This document shows positions 54,311-64,000 of a stretch of DNA of 64,000 nucleotides, in pieces. Source of the DNA: Octopus sinensis (Eukaryota). Position numbers and translations under genes: made by a program. The DNA lies in assembly GCF_006345805.1 (NCBI RefSeq), contig NC_043012.1, positions 20,398,001 through 20,462,000 of the forward strand. The letters run 5' to 3'. The notes beneath the pieces are model-generated. The model was not told the origin of the DNA. It worked only from the letters and a program-made list of their open reading frames with translations, and did no database searches. Numbering within the stretch: the stretch's first letter is position 1; each line of letters begins with the position of its first letter.

Positions 54311-56304
54311 TATATATATATATGCATGTACATATTTATTTACCCGTGCATGTATATGCATACACACACATACACATATATATACACATATTATATATGT
54401 GTTAGTGTATATATACTTTCAGCTGTTCTTTGCCATCAGTGAGATTCTTTGCATGTTTATCATGGTCAATATAAAGAATTATATTTTTGCGTTCCTGCTG
54501 ATTTCATTGTGTCCTTCCTGATTGCAAATGAAATGTCCCGGCACTAATTATTCCAAATAACATATTTTAATCGAGCCGTAAATCGATTTCTACTAGATAT
54601 CGTGCTGTTAAGTATAGTAGCTAAATATCACTCAACCATTTTAAAGGAAAATGTATATTATTTTGATTTTATGTGGCGCTGCATGTAGCATCTGTTAGAA
54701 TAAATGGCATGACCACAGCTGAAATGTCCCTGCATAGATCCGCGCTTGCACGGAACCAAATATGCACAAAATACCTATCAATTAATGAATTATTGACAAC
54801 TGATAAAACTGGAAAATAATTTATAAAAGGGATTTCTTTCCTTGCTTGCAAAATTATTTATTTTTACCGTCTTTTTTTATAAATTGTAAATGGAAGTCGC
54901 TTTCTTCTTAGAATTTAGTACAATTGGTTTACTGGTAATAATCAAATTTCAAACACTTATAACTGAATATATTCGGTCTGTTGTTGATATAATTTCCAAA
55001 CTCAGTTGCCTAATCTGATTTCATATTTAATTTTAAGATAAGTAAAGAATGAATAAGTTTATCAGAGTTTAATCTTTGAAACATGGCAGAGGGAAAAGAA
55101 AAAATATAAGTTAATCAATGTATATATATTCACACATAAACATCTGAATTACACTTTACTCGAATTTTAAGATAAGCATATTATATATGGAAAGCGAAAA
55201 TCAAATTTAAAGACATGGTGTGCAGCGACACACTGTTGTTCAAACAATGTTTCTAGCCAAAATATTCTCATGTCATTGCTATTTTTAAACGTTCTGGAAA
55301 ATATCTAATGATAGCTAATACGAAACAACGACTAACAGCTTAACGATTTCATGAAGGAGCATCTACACAGTTCCTTGGCATTCTAGAACTAATGCAAAAT
55401 ACTCTTCATATCACATTTAATTGTTGAAAACCAGGAAAGTACATGTTACGTGATGCACTACGCAGTACTCGTCGTGTGATAAACAGCCGAAAAGAAGAAT
55501 CATAGCTGGACGACGGTTGGCTTGATGCTAATTAGCCATACAACAAATACATAATGACAGTGCCTGGACACTGGTTCTCGACGTGATAGAAGCAGTAGCC
55601 AAAATTCCTCCTTTTTATCACATTTCATAAGGAATGGAATGGGCAAATAATCTTAATATAGTAAAAACAGAATGGTTAAAATAGGAATATGTTTTATTAT
55701 AGGTTTGGCTTGATTACATCTAGCTTGAAACTGAACGCAAGATTTATTATCCCAAATCACATCTAAGTAATATTTTGACATTTCCCTTGGATAATTCCCA
55801 GTTACCTAATGTCTTTCAGCAAATAGATATTGCATTCACCTTATATATACGAATTACAGATAAATTTTGCTAATCTGCTTGTAATACTTTCTACAATATT
55901 TGTCTCTCTCTATATTCTCCAGACACATTACGCAAGAAAAACATATTTATACATTGATATTTCCATATTATCATAGATATTCTCTTAATGTTAAAATGCA
56001 AAGGTTATCTAAATGATTATCTGCATGAGCTAGCTTCTTATAGATTTTTTTTTCTTATTAACGGAATTCTGCTTTTGCTTCGACATTGTGTAGAAAAATT
56101 ATTCATAGAGCAGATTGCAGATGACCGAGTGGATAAGACTTGGAACCTGCCTGTTCAAAGATTCTGACTTCGTTTTCGTCTCCTCAGCATTTACTTCAGT
56201 GTGGTTCTTCGTAGAATATTTTATTTTGAGATGTACAATTTGTAGGATAGGAAATCGTATTAACTATTTTCTTTGCAATGCAAGAGCAGTGACATGTCCA
56301 TGAA

Positions 56305-56330
56305 GATATCTATATCTATATCTATGTCTA

Positions 56331-56405
<75 letters not shown>

Positions 56406-56440
56406 ACATATATAGATATGTGTGTGTGTGTGTGTGTGTA
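56305..56440. repeat. (TATC)n/(TG)n microsatellite
   Basis: Seen directly. Confidence 0.95.
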
Positions 56441-56602
56441 TCATCTGTTTGCCGTTATAAAACTATATGTACCAACAAAGCAATTAGAAAGCAATTAAAA
56501 ACCTCCAACATCGGTTTTGTTTTCATTCCGGTGTAAAGACTGAACAACATCGCATTCAAATATTCCGTGTATTAGCTGGAATCCAAACTACTGCAGCTGC
56601 TG

Positions 56603-56664
<62 letters not shown>
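56603..56664. repeat. (GTA)n microsatellite
   Basis: Seen directly. Confidence 0.95.
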
Positions 56665-56665
<1 letters not shown>

Positions 56666-57715
56666 CCACCACAATTACTAATTACTTCTGCTGCTGCTGC
56701 TGCTGCTTTCACATGCGCTACTGCCCCTATAGTTATCACAAGGTCTACTACCATTTTCACAATTACAAACGATAGATTTTGATACGGTAGTCAGCGCTCA
56801 TAGGAAGTAAGATAACATTAACTTATAACTACCACCCAAGGAATATTTGAAGTCTATTTTACCCTAGAACCCAGTAAACTAAATAAAATTACAAATTATT
56901 TAGAGGTTGTGTGAAGTTGAAGTAATCTCAGATCAGCACTTAGGCTTACACTTGAATGAAGCGATTTGTATTCAGTCAATAGATGATCTTTCGTTCTTTT
57001 TCTTAGATCTGGCTTGTCACATGCTACTATCATCCAAGCACTAGCATCTATCGTAACTCAACATGAAGTTTGCGTTTACACTTACTAGCATAGCGCTGAC
57101 CCGTTTTTCATAGTTCTTTCATCACAGAAATTATACAAAATCCACATGATATTTGCCGTACTTAGGTAATAGAGATAACGTTATTTACTCCCGCTCTTAA
57201 CCATCAATACCTACTTTATAAGGTCTATCATGAGCTCTAGGTCTCCTTTAGCTGGTATTTAACATAATGACATAATATTACTGGGATTACAAAATTCCTC
57301 GCCGACTGTGACGATACTCTTTCACAGATTTACCGTCTCAGCTAATTCTGGAACTGAATTACTGCGAACTTAACACGAGGTGGGTGAAATACGTACCGAT
57401 TTTAGGCACAACCACACGCGTTTACACCAACCATAGTACTTGTATTTTACAGGATCCAAGTCTGAGGCTAAATGATTTTTCATTTCCTCTCTTCGAGTAC
57501 TCAAATACTAAAAATGGTAAGCGACACTTCCTAAATCCTTCGTATTCAGGTAGTGGTGTCTGACCGCTCATAGATGTAGATACACAATAATATTCAATTC
57601 AGAAGAAATCATTTTATAAAAATTATCTGAAAGAGGTTTCATCAAGAACATGATGACTACTATTCGCTTGATGATATGTGTTTTGTATGTATGTATGTAT
57701 ACATGTATGTATATG

Positions 57716-58051
57716 TGTGTCAAGTCCTCATTAAAGCCCTATGATATACAGGAGACAGATTGGGAGGGCAATGCTTGTGATCACCACAGATGGAGGAAGC
57801 AGGTTAAGGAGGGGGTCGACACTTTGAGAGAGCACGTATTCTGCACGAAGAACTTACACGTGTTGCTCGAAAGCGCACTGATGGTGTAGTAAATTGGTCT
57901 GCAATGTTTGCACTTGTGTACTCTTGTCAAGAGCAGGGCTCATTAGCCATCAACGGAGCCGCAAATTCAAAATATAAGTTAGTCCTAGAGTGCTCAATGT
58001 TCCTGAAGGTCAGCAATGGTCTTCCTCGGTCATGAGTGGACGGCCATCATC
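57716..58051 (+). mobile_element. RTE-clade LINE 3' end
   Basis: CVKSSLKPYDIQETDWEGNACDHHRWRKQVKEGV (WE..A.DR..WR motif), then CNVC...SRAGLISHQRS (C2H2-like), a short 3' UTR and a CATCATC end. Confidence 0.8.
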
Positions 58052-58084
58052 TATGCATATATATTTGTACGTAAGTATGGGTGT

Positions 58085-58331
58085 TGAGACTTCGCCAAAT
58101 GGCCTGCACAAATGGTTCGTTTATAGTGTTCAATTGCTCGTGCCACACATTAGCTCACTTTCTCCATCAAATCGACGTTGTCTGAACAGGAGCACGGTGT
58201 GTCATGCCCTAGGTGTCGAGATCGCGGAGCCACCTGAGAGTAAGTGTTTGGCTCAAAAACACAACACGCCATCCGGGCTAGGAATTGAAATCACGATCGC
58301 TAGATCGTAAGTGTAACAACCTGACCACTAC
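58085..58331 (-). mobile_element. tRNA-derived SINE, degenerate
   Basis: Minus strand TAGTGGTCAGG...ATTTCAATTCC...GTGTTTTTGAGCCAAACACTT. Confidence 0.6.
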
Positions 58332-58382
58332 CTTGAATACATATATATAAATTCTTACATTCATATACACACATATATACGT

Positions 58383-58523
<141 letters not shown>

Positions 58524-58889
58524 TACATATATTTGTAGAGTTTACAATTTAAAGGAAAAATCCAGGGGAATAATTACAAGGTACCGATATATTGCTTTGT
58601 GTGTGTGTACGTCTGTGTGCATCTGAATGTAAGTACGTTGCATTTCTGTTAACACGTCTGTTTGTTATTATATCCTTCCTGATGAGATTGATGCCTTGGT
58701 GACCAGAATTTATGCTGTCAGACATTTTTGAATGCATTCGTCGAAACATATGTAGAAGAATTCAAGATATAAACGGTTTAACAACATTACGAGAGTTAGT
58801 CTCCTTGTTCAATTACCCTATGTACATATATGTGAATGTGTGACTGTGTGTTTGTGTATATTTGTTTGATTGTTTGTGTGTGTGTGTGT

Positions 58890-58920
<31 letters not shown>

Positions 58921-59074
58921 ATTCGGCTATCTGAACCTGACCAAGTAGGTTTCCGTAAGAAACCCTGTAATCTTTATTTTGAACGGGGCCGCATCAAAGT
59001 GCTTTAAATAATATATGTAACTCCTACTAAATATCTTCAGTGCCTCTTTCTTTCGTTCACTCACCAGTCTGTAT

Positions 59075-59105
<31 letters not shown>

Positions 59106-59153
59106 ATATATATATATATATATTATATTATATATATATTATATATATATATC

Positions 59154-59185
<32 letters not shown>

Positions 59186-59262
59186 TTTTGTATATATATA
59201 TATGTATGTATATATATATATGTATGTATATATATATATATAATATATATATATATACTTAC

Positions 59263-59296
<34 letters not shown>

Positions 59297-60196
59297 CATA
59301 CATATATATATATATATATATATTATTATGTGTGTGTGTGTGTGTGTGTGTGTGGTGTATACACAGAAACATAGATATACACACACATGAATGTATACGC
59401 ATGTATGTTTGTAATTATTTATATGTATTTATTGCTGAAAACTTATTGCTCTGCGGTACAGTTGCACGTCATAAATGAAATGTTTATCTGCTGGAGACAT
59501 AATGATAACAGTGGAGTAATCACATTAAATACCAGGGATATGTAGAAGTATTACATATTTATCGTATAGTTTTGGGCAATAGTCAATTAGGGAAATTCAC
59601 ATTACGGTAAAATGTTGTAACAGCGTAGCTAAAAAAAGGATGTAGTATAGCATATTAAATTTGTTATGAAATACCAAAATGTAAAAATAAAAGATAAGCC
59701 ACTGATGAGTTTGAAAGATTTTATTTCATATCAAATATTTTCAACGTGAATTTTAGATTTCTAGCGATAACTGCCAGTGATAAATTTAGCGTAATTTTAT
59801 ACCCTTTTAATTTATAGATCTGCTATGAATATTCTTTCAGGAATTGATAGCATGTCACATGCTACCTATACTCAGGCGACCGCATCATTTTTCATCTCGT
59901 CATTCATATTCTCGCACACTAAATATGTATTGCAGTAATTTTTCATAGATTTTATAACCTCGAAAAGACTACAAAAAGCAAAAAAAAATAAATAAATAAA
60001 ATAACATGGCCAATACAATTCCTAAAGACCTACTATTCAGAAAGCATGTCAATATGTCTAGCTATGTAAATATAATACCTCAAATTTAACCATAATTATT
60101 CCGCTGGCATTTTCAATTATATCTAAATGCAGTTCTGTGTAATTAGCATACTGCATGTTCCACTTTCACACACTATATATGACGTTACGTTCAAAA

Positions 60197-60262
<66 letters not shown>

Positions 60263-60832
60263 TTGTGTGTATAATAAATACAAATATACGTACATGTGTG
60301 TGTTTGCAGGTGTGTGTGCGTGTCTGCGTGTGGTGTTTGTATATATATATATATGTCGATATCGTTAAAAAGTATGGGTAATTTTATATAATGATATTTA
60401 ATTTACTTCTCGTGTAATGTTACCTGGAATTCGCAAAAATCAATACCCGTATGCCATCAGATAACGATAAATGTTAATCGCGTTGAAAAAGGATAAATAA
60501 CAATTCTACGTGAAATGATAATTTTCGAAAAATTACAAATTTATATTCCTAACCTTTCTAGTTTCAGAGTTCTCTAAGTTTACAAGTGGTTTACTAAGTT
60601 TGGTTTACTAAGCTGGTTTACTAAGTTTGAGCATCAGCTACTTCCCGCCAGTTTTGCCTGGAAAGCATGTTACGAAAATATCCTAGGAAAGAAATTTGCC
60701 TTCCAGGTTAAGTTTTATTGTTTAGACTAGGTTCATGATCCACATGGTGTGGTGTGTGAAATTTTCGTTGTTGTTATTCTACCCCTTTTCTATTCCTCCT
60801 TCTATTTCTTGTTAGTTTTTCTACTAATGCCA

Positions 60833-60833
60833 G

Positions 60834-60864
<31 letters not shown>

Positions 60865-61070
60865 GCTACTACTTCTGCTGCTGCTACTACTACTACTACT
60901 GGTACTGCTGCTGCTGCATGCTCTACTACGCGGGTTACTGCAACTACAACTACGAGAACAACAACCATTACTACTGCTACTACTAATACACCTAAAACTC
61001 CACCATCTTCTCCTCCTCCTGCTACTACTACTAATGCTGCTTCCGCTACCGCTACTACTATTACTAATAC
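60833..61070. repeat. degenerate (CTA)n/(CTG)n array
   Basis: Seen directly. Confidence 0.9.
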
Positions 61071-61441
61071 TATATTTAACTTTATTACAACACAATAAAT
61101 ATTTCTGGTGTAAAGAATATGAAGAATCACAAAATTCGGTTTCAGATTTTATTTTTGTTCTTTTTACATTAAATCAGTTTGCATTGAGTTTCTGGATTTG
61201 TTCCCGCCGCGATGATTACGTAAATTTTTTAATCACACACGTGAAGAAGAGTCAGAGCGGTTTAGAAGGGGAAAATTTCTGTTATATTAGTAGGTCTTAC
61301 GACATTGAATAGATTCCGTGTTTCCATTGTACATTAAGAATATTGGATACTTATTTCAATATTTGAATAAATATGGATATATATATATATATATATATCT
61401 ATATATATGTGTATGTATGTATGTATATATATGTTTATGAG

Positions 61442-61474
<33 letters not shown>

Positions 61475-61528
61475 TTATATATGTATATTTATATATGTAT
61501 ATTTATATATGTATATTTATATATATAT

Positions 61529-61592
<64 letters not shown>

Positions 61593-62009
61593 TATATATA
61601 TATGTAAATATATATATGTGTGTGTGTGTGTGTGTTTAAGACGTTGTTTTGATGTCTCTTTATGATTACATTTCAATTTTCTTTAGAATTAAATAATTTT
61701 AAATTAAATTATTTTCCATTGATGTAAGTTCACCGATTCCATGGGAATACTTCACATATGAACATAATTATTTGAAATCAATAGAGAAAAATTATATCGT
61801 TGTTCATACACCTGCATTAATACTCTCTCACACACACTCACACACACACATACACACAACACACGCACGTGCATAACAAATTCATGATGATCTTCAGTCG
61901 ACAGCTTATAAAGGAAATGTTCTTTATAAACAACCGAACAAAAACATTCTATATATGCATAGACATACTCACACACGCCAATGTATGTATGTATGCTAGA
62001 GCACCGCCT

Positions 62010-62194
62010 AGAAACGTTAGGACGCCGGGTGAAATGTGTAGCCGTATTTCGTCTGTTGTTACGTTCCGAGTTCAAATTCCGCCGAGGTCGACTTTGCCTT
62101 TCATCCTTTCGAGGTCGATGTAATCGACTTAATCCCTTTGTCTGTCCTTGTTTGTCCCCTCTGTGTTTAGTCCCTTGTGGGTTGTAAAGAAATA
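62010..62194 (+). mobile_element. SINE family A with internal deletion
   Basis: GAGTTCAAATTCCGCCGAGGTCGACTTTGCCTTTCATCCTTTCG, with the same tail as 17110-17340. Confidence 0.85.
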
Positions 62195-62200
62195 TATATA

Positions 62201-62365
62201 TACGACAGGCTTCTTTCTGTTTCCGTCTACCAATTTATCTCACAAGGTTTTGATCGGGCCAGATGCTACAGTACAAGACACTTGCCCAAGGTGCCACGTA
62301 GTCGGATTGAGCCCAGAACCATGTAGTTGGGGAGCAAGCTTTTTGTAACGCTTCCACTCCTGCGC
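62201..62365 (-). mobile_element. SINE family B, 5' half
   Basis: AAGACACTTGCCCAAGGTGCCACG...CACTCCTGCGC. Confidence 0.8.
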
Positions 62366-62972
62366 TTACTAAATGATGTGCCCCAGGTAAGGATGTATGG
62401 ATGTAAATACATGCATCGTATTGCAAGCACGATTGCTAGATCACGGTTTCTTCTTTGAAGGCTTCCACGTCCACACTTCGCAAATCACTGAGGTTTTTTG
62501 GCAGAATGTTGAACGATTGTGAACCCTTGAAATCAAATCTATTACAGTACTGAGTCTCTATTATACATGGAGAAGAGGGTATATTTACTCTCATGCAGTG
62601 TTTCCAGTTTGGTAGTTTGTATAGCTTCGAGTTTCAAAATTCGGAACGAGACGTTCTAGGATTTTTCATATGTATATCACCGCATGTGTTAGCTACAATC
62701 ACTTTAAGACGTAGAGATTATGTTTTTTCAGCAAATCTGTTTCAACGAGTCAATGTGCTTCGTGTTACGGCGTTAGATTGCCTCAAGTTCAGTCACCAGT
62801 CTGGTGCTTTGTAGGAACCACAGATGAGAGCAGTAATCCTGGCTAAAATCTCCGTAGGAGTAGCATAGCATCTTTTTTGATGGTTCTGAAAAAATATAGA
62901 TACATACATACAGAGAGAGATAGAGAGACAGAAAGATTGACAGACACACATGCAGACAAACAGAGTGAAAGC

Positions 62973-63079
<107 letters not shown>

Positions 63080-63722
63080 AAAGAAAGCGGGAGAGAGTCA
63101 GAGGGAGGGGAAAAAGAGAAAGAGTCAGTTGTAAATTGTGGAAGAGATAAATTGAGAAATGATAAATGCTTAACATTTTAGTGATTCCACCAAGTAATAG
63201 GTAATACAGTTATACAGTGATCATTTGCATTCCTATATCTATAGTAACATAATATTGATTTTTTATTTATTGATAGACAAAAATTAAAGTTCCTTTGAAT
63301 TGTCTATTGTTGAATCATTCATATGTCCTTGCTTTCTAGAATCCACACTCAATATCAAATCTTCGCTAGAACTATTGGCTTAGGTAGGAAAATCAATAAC
63401 CATTAATATGGATATTTCAAATGTAAAACATTAGTAAATGAAACGTTAATTGGCTTGCAAATACTGCTTGGTATTCGCATCAAACGTTGGAAAATGATGA
63501 ATATTTTTTTTTTATACACACACTCACATCTAGACACATACACGCTTAAACACACAATATAAATGTATTATATATATATATATATATATATATCTGCGTG
63601 TGTATGTATGCTCCTATAACTGTAAGTGTATATACGTACATAGATACATATATACACTTGCATGCATCGCCGCATACATATAATACATACCTAGCTACGT
63701 ATGTACATACTTACAAAACTTC

Positions 63723-63726
<4 letters not shown>

Positions 63727-63819
<93 letters not shown>

Positions 63820-63828
63820 TGTGTGTGC
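63727..63828. repeat. (TG)n microsatellite
   Basis: Seen directly. Confidence 0.95.
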
Positions 63829-64000
63829 CTGTTATCGTTTGCAGCTTTGTTGCTATATTCCAATCTGAAGATAGTTATGTGCTTGAATAAATGTATTTTA
63901 GCACTGTAAAACATTTGTGACGTAGGAAAGTGAGATTTCGTTTTCAAAACGACATATTATTGCAATATAAATATTGTTATTTTATCTAAACCATCTGATG

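Noticed and set aside
56161-56190. Minus-strand CTGAGGA-GAC-GAAA...GTC
   Set aside because: No helix I pairing and no real helix II; a chance match.
59702-59720. CTGATGA-GTTT-GAAA
   Set aside because: No helices can form around the core words.

Overview
AT-rich, microsatellite-saturated animal DNA. The SINE families and a GC-expanded 18S fragment point to an octopod cephalopod, probably Octopus (inference from recognition, no search run). I can support no intact protein-coding gene; most tracked ORFs are translations of simple repeats. Recognisable content: many tRNA-derived SINEs, decayed mariner/Tc1/maT transposons, a non-autonomous Helitron, R4/Dong-like and RTE LINE fragments, a processed fructose-bisphosphate aldolase pseudogene (43.4-44.3 kb, minus strand) and an isolated 3' 18S rRNA fragment (36.8-37.3 kb). 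The most notable signal is a set of (TA)n-anchored fold-back elements carrying type I hammerhead ribozyme motifs: canonical or near-canonical pairs at ~6.0 kb and ~49.5 kb, a variant at 33.6 kb and a possible relic at 32.6 kb. Each ribozyme motif is preceded on its own strand by an antisense copy, and related 3' tails occur at 6.2, 33.1 and 42.8 kb. This resembles non-autonomous Penelope-like or retrozyme-type elements. All alignments and folds were done by eye.
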